From a virus: 64,000 bases of DNA. The stretch is from positions 1-64,000 of the IMG/VR virus record IMGVR_UViG_3300020601_000007. One strand, 5' to 3'. The translations under genes were made by a program, and so were the position numbers. Positions 19,866-28,816 of the stretch are shown one piece after another; the stretch's first letter is position 1, and each line of letters opens with the position of its first letter. The notes beneath the pieces are model-generated. The model was not told the DNA's origin. It saw only the letters and a program-made list of their open reading frames with translations, and did not search any database.

Positions 19866-21245
19866 TCACCCTTGAGAGAGTGATTGTGCCTCGTCCTCGT
19901 CTTGGCGCTCCCCAGAGGGGAATGCCTTGCCGGTGCGGCGAGTCGCAGCAGGTGGTCCACGCTTGCTCTTCGTCTTCTTGGAGGCCGGAGCCTCGTCGTC
20001 GATGATGAGCCAGTGACCGTTGTGGAGACGCAGGGTCTTTCCATTGTCCATGGAAACCTGCATCACATCAAGGTCATCTTCAGTGATGGTGTAGGGTGCC
20101 AAGTCCTGATACTCGGGCCCGTAGGCGGGCTTGAGTTCAGGGTTGGGCAACCAACCACGGGAGAGAAGACCAGCACGGGACCACGCCTTGTGCGCCTCCA
20201 CGTCTCGGAGGAGGTGTGCACGTGCAGGGTTGAGGACGGTCCCATCAGGGAAGGTGACGATTCGGTTCAGGTAAAACGAATCGTCACCCTTGTTGGGCGT
20301 CTTCACGTAGACCCAGTCAATGTCGACACTGACGGGGTCACCGGTGCGGGTGTGGTGTGAGTCTGGTCCATCCATGACCACGGCACGCTGTGGGAAGACG
20401 TTGACAGTCTTCTTGAGGCGCCATGCCTTGGATGGTGCTTCCTCGTCCTTGAGGCGGTAGTAGGCCTCGAAGACTTTGCGGAAGCGGGTCTTCGTCAAAA
20501 CCGTGCCCTTGGCGACCGTCAACTTGACGGGCTTACCTCGGGAAGTGGTGTTGAAGGTGTGGGTGTCGTGCAGCCAATGTGCGAATTGGCCACCGGCGGT
20601 GAAGTCAGGGTTGTAGCCCTTCACAATGCCTTCTTGAACCGCTTCGCCCATGCCTTGGAAGGCATCGAGGGTCAGGTTCTGTTCGGCAAGGAAGTGCAGG
20701 AATCCCTTGTTGTAGGATTCCACTCCTGCTTCAAACGCCGCCTGCACGGCGGCGTTGATGCGGGGACGTGAGTGCTTCGTAAAGAGGTCAGCGCTCATTT
20801 CCCTGTCAGCCTTCCCGAAATCGAGTTCCGGGTGCAGCGTCAAGAACGTGCGGAATGCGGTGAAACCGAATCCCCTGCCGTAGGCATCAGTCAAGCCCTT
20901 CCTGTCCGAAAGGTCCTTCAGTTCCCTGAAGGTGTCAATGGCCAAGTTGGGGTCGACGACGAAAATGGCAAGCGAGGTCATCATGTCGAGGATGTCCTGC
21001 ACGGTGTGGGCGGCCAGTTGGCCTCCCTTGCGTGGGACATTCATCAACAGTTGACAGAACATCAGCGTCCACTGAGCGGACGAGACGATTCCGTTGCGAG
21101 CCACGGTCGAAACCTTGGGTCTGTTGTCGTTCTTGTTGCGATTGGCGTTTCCTCGGGCCTCTCGCCCGCTGGAGCCGCTCTTTGCTCCATTCTTGTTTTT
21201 GGTAGACATAGAGTCACCGATTGGAAGGAGTGACCAAATGGTCAT
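19866..21245 (-). CDS. hypothetical protein, 447-459 aa
   Basis: Long ORF; alternative ATG at 21209 preceded by CAATC-GGTGA. Confidence 0.8.
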   Translation of the reverse strand: MTIWSLLPIGDSMSTKNKNGAKSGSSGREARGNANRNKNDNRPKVSTVARNGIVSSAQWTLMFCQLLMNVPRKGGQLAAHTVQDILDMMTSLAIFVVDPNLAIDTFRELKDLSDRKGLTDAYGRGFGFTAFRTFLTLHPELDFGKADREMSADLFTKHSRPRINAAVQAAFEAGVESYNKGFLHFLAEQNLTLDAFQGMGEAVQEGIVKGYNPDFTAGGQFAHWLHDTHTFNTTSRGKPVKLTVAKGTVLTKTRFRKVFEAYYRLKDEEAPSKAWRLKKTVNVFPQRAVVMDGPDSHHTRTGDPVSVDIDWVYVKTPNKGDDSFYLNRIVTFPDGTVLNPARAHLLRDVEAHKAWSRAGLLSRGWLPNPELKPAYGPEYQDLAPYTITEDDLDVMQVSMDNGKTLRLHNGHWLIIDDEAPASKKTKSKRGPPAATRRTGKAFPSGERQDEDEAQSLSQG

Positions 21246-21382
21246 TCACTTCCGTTGTGCGCCTGTTCCTGCTGTTTGTTCTTCGGTTTTCGAGGAACGT
21301 ATCCAGTAGGGTTTGCAGTTTTGAGTGATTGCGTCAGATTCGCAGGTTTGCGGTTCTGATTTTTCTTCGGTGCAGGTTGCAC
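21242..21382 (-). CDS. small basic peptide (46 aa)
   Basis: Motif GTG at 21382 with perfect GTGCA-ACC-TGCAC hairpin; stop overlaps the next ATG. Confidence 0.45.
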   Translation of the reverse strand: MQPAPKKNQNRKPANLTQSLKTANPTGYVPRKPKNKQQEQAHNGSE

Positions 21383-21904
21383 GATTGACTTACGGGTGGA
21401 GCGACGGTTTGCTGAACCGACCGCTCCGGGCAGGAGGCTTTGAATGCCTGCGAGGGCACCTCCCTATGTCTGACCTTGGTGTAGCGTTCGTCCCACGAAA
21501 CAACACATGTGCAAGCACATGGCTGTCGGAGTTCGATACCCTTACATGAAATCCCCGAAGGCGGGTTAAGCCTCCATTCACGCTCTCATTCCTTCAGCAC
21601 ACCATGTGGGACGGTCAGTCACGAATGAGAGCATTCATGATGTGCTGCGATTGTTACGGGTGGGACTGCTGCTCCGCACAGCAGCCCCGGCGAGACACTG
21701 CAAAGGTGAAGAGCAGCGTCAAGGTCTTGGTTGTTTGTCCCCGGGAACGAATCCCTTCGGCGCATCCACAAGACAACGGATAACGCACAACGATTGACGA
21801 ATGTTCCAATCAGTCCACAGCCGCCCTAATCGGAGACGACGGCTTGTGGGCCAATGGGCGTATTTGGGCACCTTCCCTCGAATAAATCCAAGTTCCAGCG
21901 ACCA

Positions 21905-21945
21905 CGCAAAAGAAAAACGGTCAGCAAATTTGCATCTGCTGACCA
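21905..21945 (-). terminator. hairpin plus TTTTTCTTTTGCG terminator-like element
   Basis: GGTCAGCAGAT...ATTTGCTGACC stem followed by a U-tract. Confidence 0.55.
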
Positions 21946-22197
21946 TTCCTCTCCAATTGACGACTGGCAACCCTCACGAGGTAAATCACCTCGGTATTGG
22001 GTTTGCCGGACGAGACTGCCTTGCTTGGCGGCTTGTTGGTTTTTTCGCCGCAGCATCGTTCTCTCGATGCTTATGGGGTGGAGAAACAAGTCCGTTTCAC
22101 CCCGAACCCTCCGTTCGGGTTCTTTCAAGTCCTCTTGCCCTTTTGCCTGTCGGCAGGGAAAGACCCTACCGGGTCTTTTGAGGCTTAAACAGTCTCA

Positions 22198-22473
22198 AAC
22201 GATTGGCTACCCTCCGGAGGAATAATCCTCCTTTGGGTGCCACATGCTGCGAGCCCCATAGTGGCAAGGGGGGCAATTCGTCACCGCCCGCAGCACTAAC
22301 TGAGCATGGTGTGCCACCACCATTGATTGCTCAGATAACGATTGGCTACCCGCCGGAGGAATAATCCTCCTTTGGGTGCCACATGCTGCGCTCTCCCCAT
22401 AGTGGCATGGGTCAATGTGCACGTCAGGACTTGACGGTGTCGCAGCACTAACTGAGCATGGTGCCCAGATAAC
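22198..22473 (-). ncRNA. two tandem copies of pseudoknotted structured repeat D
   Basis: UGCUGCG/CGCAGCA stem; CCC(C)/GGG(G) hairpin whose loop UGCCAC can pair with downstream GUGGCA; GGAGGA/UCCUCC hairpin; third copy at 31025. Confidence 0.65.
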
Positions 22474-22487
22474 GACTGAGGGTCGTC

Positions 22488-22530
22488 TCCCCTCCAGTGT
22501 ATATACGCTGGAAGGAGTGATAACACTCAA
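22488..22530 (-). promoter_or_regulatory. promoter-like repeat C, copy 1
   Basis: CCCCTCCA(G/T)TGTATATACGCTG plus GTGATA(A/G)CAC; 4 copies in the window. Confidence 0.6.
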
Positions 22531-22837
22531 GAAAACCTCTCCCTTTCAAGCCTCAATTCCGTCGAATTGTCGGTCTTGAGTGGTTGAGGTGCCTCTGAAC
22601 ATGTTGTTTCGTTGGGCCGTTGATACCATCTCAGGCTTGACCGAACGTATGTTCGTGGCTCAACCGTGGTGAGGCTCAGACTTGCCAGAGTCATCTCCAC
22701 GGAAGGAACAGTTAGCAATCCGGGCCCGTGCACTGTTCAAACAGCGGGCTTCGGTTATCATAGGGCTCTCAGCAGGGGAGACGGTTCACGCCTCCGGGCC
22801 GAGAGGAATATCCCCTCAAACGGGTGGAGAGGTTGTT

Positions 22838-22879
22838 CCCCTCCATTGTATATACGCTGCAAGAAGTGATAGCACTCAC
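22838..22879 (-). promoter_or_regulatory. promoter-like repeat C, copy 2
   Basis: Same TATA core and GTGATAGCAC site. Confidence 0.6.
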
Positions 22880-23010
22880 GCAGGAATACATGTAACGGTT
22901 GCCCCGTAGGGCGGAAAAGGCCGCTCAAGCAGCCTTGGCTGCGTGAGAAGCGTTGTTCAAGTCAGAGACCTGAGAGAGAAGACAGTGCAGTGTGTTGAGC
23001 ACTCAAATGC

Positions 23011-23427
23011 TCAGCCGTTCCCATATCGTGTTGGCCACGAAGCAGGGTCGCCTTGACTGTTCTTGATTGCGTCTCGCATCTCATCGCTGAGGTCGAGGAG
23101 CGTATCAGCACAGTTCGTGCAGCAGCGGTGCCCGTTGAACACACCGAGGGTGTGTGCGGGCTTGCGGCAAAAGTAGCACTTGTTGTCGTAGGTTCCTCCA
23201 TTGTAAATGGAGACCTCGATTCCGTCCTTGTAGCACCGCCACTTTGGTGTCCGTGGGGTTCTCGGGATGGTGTAGGTCTCGCATTCATGGCATCGTCCAC
23301 ATGTGCAGTCGGTTCGGATGAGTGAGAGTGCTCCCACCATCGTGCGAAGGCTCCTGTTGAACTCTTCGTTGTCTTCTTGTGGAGAGGAATCCCCCTCTCC
23401 CGGGGTTGCGTCATTGTTGGTTGACAC
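23011..23427 (-). CDS. zinc-finger protein with shared leader A
   Basis: MSTNNDATPGEGDSSP; CxC/CxxC motifs; motif GTG. Confidence 0.7.
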   Translation of the reverse strand: MSTNNDATPGEGDSSPQEDNEEFNRSLRTMVGALSLIRTDCTCGRCHECETYTIPRTPRTPKWRCYKDGIEVSIYNGGTYDNKCYFCRKPAHTLGVFNGHRCCTNCADTLLDLSDEMRDAIKNSQGDPASWPTRYGNG

Positions 23428-23439
23428 GAATGAGACCAG

Positions 23440-23958
23440 TCATTGACTGGGCTCGGTTTTGAAAATGAATCCTTGGTCTCGTCCTCGGGTTGGTCTGGCT
23501 GGAGGTTTTGCACTCCAGTAGTCCTCCAGCCTACTGGAGTGAGGTTTTGCACTCCAGTAGTCCTCCGAGATTTTCATTTCGAGTTCTTGGCGGCGTTGTT
23601 TCACCTTGTAAAGGAAGTTTCTGTGAAACCCCTTTTTCAAGTCTTCAATAGCCTCTTCTCTGCGTTTCTCCGCCCACTCGAACGGAGTTGCACGGTGGCC
23701 ATACTTCTCGATTTTTTCGATAAAAATCGGGTTGTGGCAACTGAGCCCGTTGAAGAGGTTAGCGATGGCCGCTTTTGTGTAGCCCACGGGGGGCTTTGGG
23801 AGGCATGCCACGGCAGCCATGCTTGCTGTAAAAACATCAAGCATGTTCGCAGGGGACTTCCACCGGTATTCATTTTCGTGTTGATTGACAGAAGGCTGTT
23901 CAGCCTTTGCCGTGCGTGGGGAAGTCCCCACGTTGAGTCGATTGATAAAGGTCGACAC
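23440..23958 (-). CDS. hypothetical protein with EDYWSAKP duplication
   Basis: Motif GTG at 23958 (alternative ATG at 23988). Confidence 0.65.
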   Translation of the reverse strand: MSTFINRLNVGTSPRTAKAEQPSVNQHENEYRWKSPANMLDVFTASMAAVACLPKPPVGYTKAAIANLFNGLSCHNPIFIEKIEKYGHRATPFEWAEKRREEAIEDLKKGFHRNFLYKVKQRRQELEMKISEDYWSAKPHSSRLEDYWSAKPPARPTRGRDQGFIFKTEPSQ

Positions 23959-23987
23959 GATTGACGAATTGAGGTCATTCTCAGCCA

Positions 23988-24236
23988 TCAGGCTTCGACG
24001 TATTCCTCGTAGATGTATTCGTCCGTCTCAATCCGTAGTTTGAGTTGGGACGCAGATGCAATCTGAAATTTCGGAACAATTCGTCCGCTTTCAGTGCATT
24101 CAGTGCACGGTTCAAAGAGGTTCTTATCGGATGTCTCCCAGCAAGTGGGGCATTTCCAAAGTGGAAACCTCATGTCATGTGCGTCGATTTGGCCCTTGCA
24201 TCCGCAGGGGCATTGGTGTCTCCCATCATGTGACAC
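23988..24236 (-). CDS. small Cys-rich protein
   Basis: Motif GTG; CPCGC, CPTC, CTEC. Confidence 0.65.
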   Translation of the reverse strand: MSHDGRHQCPCGCKGQIDAHDMRFPLWKCPTCWETSDKNLFEPCTECTESGRIVPKFQIASASQLKLRIETDEYIYEEYVEA

Positions 24237-24249
24237 GAATGGAGAACCG

Positions 24250-24843
24250 TCATTGACAGTCCTCCGGGTTGTGTAAAAGTTCAGCGCAATCGAAGTTTGC
24301 TTCGATATACCAAGTCAGTTCCGTTGGCTTGATGCCGGGGCGATGACCGAAGGCGATTGATACCTCCTTTTCTCCCCAAAGTCCGAACCAACGGACATTC
24401 AGTTGTCCGAGCGGCCAAATCGTCCATCTCTGGTTTGGTCCCCAATATTCCGACGTATGGAATCTTCTGCCCCACTCTCGACAGGCGTCAAGGGTATAGG
24501 GCGATTCCTCAATGCGGGTTTGGTTATCCATGCAGCGACAGCGCTTTATTTCGCCATCGTAGCCGACAGTTTGGGGGTGGTTGACCTTCCCCCGGTAGCA
24601 TCCGGCTCTGTGATAAATAGACGTTTCTTTGTCCTTGTAAAAGTTCATAGAAAGAATTTCTTGGTCGCAGTCAGGGCAGTGGAGGGACAAGCCACCGAGG
24701 TTCTCTCGGATATGCGTTGCTCCACAGCAAAGGAATTCTGGCGTGCAAGGCCAATATCCGTCGCTATCGCATCCTTTCATGTGCGCCAACTTTTTGATTT
24801 TCAAAGGCTCTTGAGCCTCTGTGATTGCGTCATTGGATGACAC
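24250..24843 (-). CDS. Cys-rich hypothetical protein
   Basis: Motif GTG at 24843. Confidence 0.65.
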   Translation of the reverse strand: MSSNDAITEAQEPLKIKKLAHMKGCDSDGYWPCTPEFLCCGATHIRENLGGLSLHCPDCDQEILSMNFYKDKETSIYHRAGCYRGKVNHPQTVGYDGEIKRCRCMDNQTRIEESPYTLDACREWGRRFHTSEYWGPNQRWTIWPLGQLNVRWFGLWGEKEVSIAFGHRPGIKPTELTWYIEANFDCAELLHNPEDCQ

Positions 24844-24856
24844 GAATGAAGGAGGG

Positions 24857-25168
24857 TCATTGACCGTCCTTCTCACGCTCCTCGCTTTGGAGCATGCCTT
24901 CATAGAGGCGAACAGCCTCCAGAAAGGGTTTGAGCAGAGCATCACGCTGTTCCTCATTGAGGTAGCGTGGTTTGCTCCAATAAGGCAAAGGTCCCATAAC
25001 GAACTTGAATGGGTTGTGCAAAAATTGCTCATAAGTCAAGTTGATGTGCTGAAGCACACTCGATGGAACTTTTCTGCCTTTGGTGATTACCCCCTCGAAC
25101 TCACGAGAACTCGGAACTCGGGGGAAGTCGGGAATCTCCCGACCTTGGGGGGTGCGACTTTGAGTCAC
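24857..25168 (-). CDS. hypothetical protein
   Basis: Motif GTG start. Confidence 0.65.
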   Translation of the reverse strand: MTQSRTPQGREIPDFPRVPSSREFEGVITKGRKVPSSVLQHINLTYEQFLHNPFKFVMGPLPYWSKPRYLNEEQRDALLKPFLEAVRLYEGMLQSEEREKDGQ

Positions 25169-25566
25169 GAATGGTCAGTGGTTTTGGCCACTGCCTTTTG
25201 GCGTTTTACCGCCATTTTTGTCCGACAGTCGAGGCAATACAGTTCGCCTTGTCCCGTGCGGTTTTCACACCGCCACGGACCGAAAACGGTCTTGTTGTTG
25301 CCGAAGTGCACTTTCCACCCCTCGTGCGAGGAATAGAAGTGTATTGGTCCTCCATTGTGGTTGAAACAAAGTGAATCAACGCGCCAAATGTCCTTCTGTT
25401 GAAAGGTTTGGGTAGAGGATTTGTCGGGGGTCCAGAAGCCGATTCCTTGAACCATCGGGGTGCGGTTGATGTATTTCACACTCCTGAGGTATCCGAGGCG
25501 CTCGGCTCGTTCGATTGCTCCCCTCAAAAATGGAAGAGGGGTTAGACGAAATGACAATTTTGTCAC
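25165..25566 (-). CDS. hypothetical protein with C-terminal zinc ribbon
   Basis: Variant CATCC-GTG at 25566, downstream of a repeat B copy. Confidence 0.6.
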   Translation of the reverse strand: MTKLSFRLTPLPFLRGAIERAERLGYLRSVKYINRTPMVQGIGFWTPDKSSTQTFQQKDIWRVDSLCFNHNGGPIHFYSSHEGWKVHFGNNKTVFGPWRCENRTGQGELYCLDCRTKMAVKRQKAVAKTTDHS

Positions 25567-25654
25567 GGATGGCCGCTCAAGCAGCCTTGGCTGCAAGAGA
25601 AGCGTTGTAACACGTCAGAGACGTGGATGCACAAAGCAACTGAACCACTGATGG

Positions 25655-26191
25655 TCAGTCCCAGTCGTCACAGCCGCGGGGGCAATACTTGAGGACGTAG
25701 CCCCTCCAGAGGACGTTTGCTCCGGTCAGAAGGTTGTAGTGGTAGCGGGGGTAGTCCGTCTGAGCAATCAAGTGCTCAATGGGTTCCCATCGCTTCACAA
25801 CGTTCGGTTTCCACTGTGTCGAGTCGTCAGTCCCGAAGGTTCTGACAGCGAAGTCAGCCAGCAGTTGCGTGAAAAGCCGCACATCTGCGCGGCAGTCGTA
25901 GCAGAAATCCTTTTCCTTTCGGAAACGTTCTGCCCACTCTTCTTTCGATGCGAAGAGTTCGCTGACAATGGACTTCACCTTTTCCTCGTCGATGACACGC
26001 ATGCCGTCTTCGGTGGAAAATGCTTCCATCTGAATCCGCATTCCCGCTCCGCCCACGTTGAGGGACATGAGGTGGATTGCTTCAGGGTCGAGCAGTGCTT
26101 CTTGGAACACGATGTCGAAGACATCGAGTCTGTTGCTTGTGTTTGGAGAGGAATCCCCCTCTCCCGGGGGTGCTTCGTTTTTGGTTTGCAC
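25655..26191 (-). CDS. hypothetical protein with shared leader A
   Basis: CACCC-GTG start; VQTKNEAPPGEGDSSP. Confidence 0.7.
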   Translation of the reverse strand: MQTKNEAPPGEGDSSPNTSNRLDVFDIVFQEALLDPEAIHLMSLNVGGAGMRIQMEAFSTEDGMRVIDEEKVKSIVSELFASKEEWAERFRKEKDFCYDCRADVRLFTQLLADFAVRTFGTDDSTQWKPNVVKRWEPIEHLIAQTDYPRYHYNLLTGANVLWRGYVLKYCPRGCDDWD

Positions 26192-26290
26192 GGGTGCCCC
26201 GTAGGGCGAAAGGTCGCTCAAGCAGCCTTGGCCGCAAGAGAAACGTTGTTACAGCACAGAGTGCTGGATGTTGGGCGAAACAACGGAGTC

Positions 26291-27067
26291 TCAGAACTTG
26301 TGGATGACTTCCCACAAGTCGTTCTCACTGAGGTGCGTTCGCACCTGCTTTCGATACGCCGCTTGGGATGGTCGACCGGGCTTCCCCTTGGTAGGGGGTT
26401 CGGTGATACCCAAGTGCGCACGAAGTCGCATGAGGTTGTCGTGGGTCATCACATCGAACAGTTGCTCGAAGTAGATGCCGTCAGTTGGTTCTGCCTTGTT
26501 GAAGTTGCCATCGTCGACAGTAGCGTTCTTCAGGAAGTCCGCTTGGGTGTCTTCGACAATGCGCTCCAGAAGGTAGGCCTGAACCGCTGCGAAATTCTGC
26601 TTCAAGAACTTCGTCGGTTGCTTGTTCCACTTCTGCTCGAACATTCCCTTGTTGGCCGTGGTTTTGACGACCCAGTGGCCATCATCAGCCGCAGGTCCCA
26701 AAATCAAATGTCCGAAAATGGAGTCTCTGAGGAACACAGCAGGCCCATCCTTGTGCATGTGGACAAACCACCAGTTGTCAAAGGAGACACTGAGTGGTCG
26801 GCCACAGCCAAGCATCCCGTGAACATTCGCGTGCTGCTTGAGAGCACGCTGTGCTTGACGTTCTTGGTTGTTCGCTTGCTGGATGGCATGCTTCGTCAGG
26901 TAGGCAAAGTTTCCCTTGCGTGCCATCGCTTCGATGCAAAGGCACATCACCCTGACAAATTCTGTCAGTTGCGTTGTTGTCCAGTGTCCGATAGCATCAG
27001 ACACCTTCGCCGGTGTGTTTGGAGAGGAATCCCCCTCTCCCGGGGGTGCTTCGTTGTTGGTTTGCAC
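26291..27067 (-). CDS. hypothetical protein with shared leader A
   Basis: CATCC-GTG at 27067; the ORF-track extension to 27682 overlaps the neighbouring gene. Confidence 0.7.
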   Translation of the reverse strand: MQTNNEAPPGEGDSSPNTPAKVSDAIGHWTTTQLTEFVRVMCLCIEAMARKGNFAYLTKHAIQQANNQERQAQRALKQHANVHGMLGCGRPLSVSFDNWWFVHMHKDGPAVFLRDSIFGHLILGPAADDGHWVVKTTANKGMFEQKWNKQPTKFLKQNFAAVQAYLLERIVEDTQADFLKNATVDDGNFNKAEPTDGIYFEQLFDVMTHDNLMRLRAHLGITEPPTKGKPGRPSQAAYRKQVRTHLSENDLWEVIHKF

Positions 27068-27167
27068 GGATGCCCCGTAGGGCGAAAGGTCGCTCAAGCA
27101 GTCTTGACTGCAAGAGAAACGTTGTTCAGCACAGAGTGCTGGAATGAAGACTCGTTGGTTGCAGGGT

Positions 27168-27629
27168 TCAGATGTTCCCACAGGAGCAGCGGTTGCCACA
27201 CGACACCCTTCGGTAGTCGTGCTTCTCCTTGCATCCTTTACACATGGGCATGACGGGGGTTCCCCTCCCATTGAATTTCTGCCAAAGGATTGCGCGGTCA
27301 GGGCAACGGACGGTCTTCGCGTCGCAGCCACCGCCAATGCGATAGCCCTTGCATGCGTGGACGCCCAGTTTTTCGAGCGTTTCTTCCGGAACGTTGCCAC
27401 TTGGCACAGTGAGGGAATATCGAGGATTCCCACCGGCTGCCAAAATAGCCCAGTATCGGTCGTGCTCTTCCTGTGGAGAGTCGAGATTTCGGATGTATTT
27501 TTTGATGATATACATCGGATAACCCTGCTCAACGAAGTGGTTTTTCCATTGTTGGTCCGACCACCATTCTCGGTCTTCTTCTGGAGAGGAATCCCCCTCT
27601 CCCGGGGTTGCGTCGTTGTTGGTTGACAC
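27168..27629 (-). CDS. Cys-rich protein with shared leader A
   Basis: Motif GTG; MSTNNDATPGEGDSSP. Confidence 0.7.
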   Translation of the reverse strand: MSTNNDATPGEGDSSPEEDREWWSDQQWKNHFVEQGYPMYIIKKYIRNLDSPQEEHDRYWAILAAGGNPRYSLTVPSGNVPEETLEKLGVHACKGYRIGGGCDAKTVRCPDRAILWQKFNGRGTPVMPMCKGCKEKHDYRRVSCGNRCSCGNI

Positions 27630-27734
27630 GATTGACGGGTGCCCCGTAGGGCGAAAGGTCGCTCAAGCAGCCTTGGCCGCAAGAGAAACGTTGTTCAGCA
27701 CAGAGTGCTGGATGTTGGTCGAAACAAACGAACT

Positions 27735-28382
27735 TCACGCAAAGAGAGCCTCAAGACCATCATGGTCAGGGCGCTCCGATTTGCATTCTGCACAGCAGCC
27801 TTGGTAAGGCAACCACTGGTTCGGCCATCCCGCTTGTAGGGTGATTGGCTTGACCAGTTGCGCTTCGTAGTAGCATTCGGTGCAGATGTATTCGTTTTCA
27901 GTCAGATTCGATTCGCCCTCGACGGGCTCCTTGGTGTCGTTCAGGTTGATGCGATACCAAGTCGGCGTTTCCTTACCCCTGCTCAGCAGTTGCGGTCTGC
28001 GCAAGTAGGTGAAGAACTCAGGGTGGTCAAAAATCAGATAAGCAGTGCTCATCTTCGGAATGAAGGTTGGCCAATTTTTATCAGTCGGGTGAATCCAGCC
28101 ATCTGGCACGTCAGAATCGAGCCGTCGACCATCGCGGTGACCGCCAGCAGCCAAAATCTCGTTGGTGCTGACATGTCCCCAGTATCGACAGTTGACTGAA
28201 TCATCATGATACACATCGTGTGGCCCAGCGTAGTCGTAGAAGACTCGGTCGCCGAAAAGCCTGAATGCTCGAATGTCCCAATCATGGATGTGAATGGTTT
28301 TTCGTTCTCGCGTTGTGTTCAATTGCTTGACAGTTGGAGAGGAATCCCCCTCTCCCGGGGGTGCTTCGTTGTTGGTTTGCAC
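27735..28382 (-). CDS. hypothetical protein with shared leader A and C-terminal CxxC pairs
   Basis: CATCC-GTG at 28382. Confidence 0.7.
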   Translation of the reverse strand: MQTNNEAPPGEGDSSPTVKQLNTTRERKTIHIHDWDIRAFRLFGDRVFYDYAGPHDVYHDDSVNCRYWGHVSTNEILAAGGHRDGRRLDSDVPDGWIHPTDKNWPTFIPKMSTAYLIFDHPEFFTYLRRPQLLSRGKETPTWYRINLNDTKEPVEGESNLTENEYICTECYYEAQLVKPITLQAGWPNQWLPYQGCCAECKSERPDHDGLEALFA

Positions 28383-28481
28383 GGATGCCCCGTAGGGCGA
28401 AAGGCCTCGCAAGCAGCCTTGGCTGGTTGAGAAGCGTTGACAGCACAGAGTGCTGGGATGAAGACTCGATGCTTGCGGAAC

Positions 28482-28724
28482 TCATTCGTCGGTCAGTTCG
28501 AGCAGTTCGCCAATGAGTTCAGGGACAGAGTTTTCTTCTTCGAGCGAAGCGAATTGCTTCTTGATGAAATCCCTGAGAATTACGATGAGACGGTTCTTCA
28601 TGGCGAGGCGGGCCTCAAGTTCGGCCACCTTTTTCATCGCCAGTTGCACGGCATACGAAATTCGAGCATCCTCTTGGGCTTGCTTGAGTTCTTCGGGTGT
28701 GCGTGGTCCCCATCCTCCCATCAT
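28482..28724 (-). CDS. small coiled-coil protein
   Basis: GGAGG RBS; ATG overlaps the stop of the 31-aa peptide. Confidence 0.6.
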   Translation of the reverse strand: MMGGWGPRTPEELKQAQEDARISYAVQLAMKKVAELEARLAMKNRLIVILRDFIKKQFASLEEENSVPELIGELLELTDE

Positions 28725-28816
28725 TCATCCCTCCGTGAGGGCTGGTCGCATGTCTTGCAGTCTTCTTGTGGAGAGGAATCCCCCTCTCCCGGGGTTGCGT
28801 CGTTGTTGGTTGACAC
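28721..28816 (-). CDS. 31-aa peptide MSTNNDATPGEGDSSPQEDCKTCDQPSRRDE (leader A plus CxxC core)
   Basis: Manual translation from motif GTG at 28816. Confidence 0.5.
   Translation of the reverse strand: MSTNNDATPGEGDSSPQEDCKTCDQPSRRDE

Noticed and set aside
22234-22312. HDV/CPEB3-like ribozyme topology on the plus strand of repeat D
   Set aside because: L3 would exceed 30 nt, with no P1.1/P4 or canonical J4/2; kept only as an unassigned structured RNA
25739-27253. 504-aa plus-strand ORF and similar long antisense ORFs (4022-4738, 54685-55689, 32054-32872)
   Set aside because: Shadows of well-supported genes on the opposite strand, with no motifs or start signals
27630-27662. Hammerhead-like TTGACGG-stem-GAAA on the plus strand of repeat B
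   Set aside because: No CUGANGA core or stems I/III; the G-U pattern and UACG loop favour the minus strand
26291-27682. 463-aa ORF as called in the track
   Set aside because: Its N-terminal part reads through repeats and overlaps ORF 27168-27629; the start is better placed at 27067
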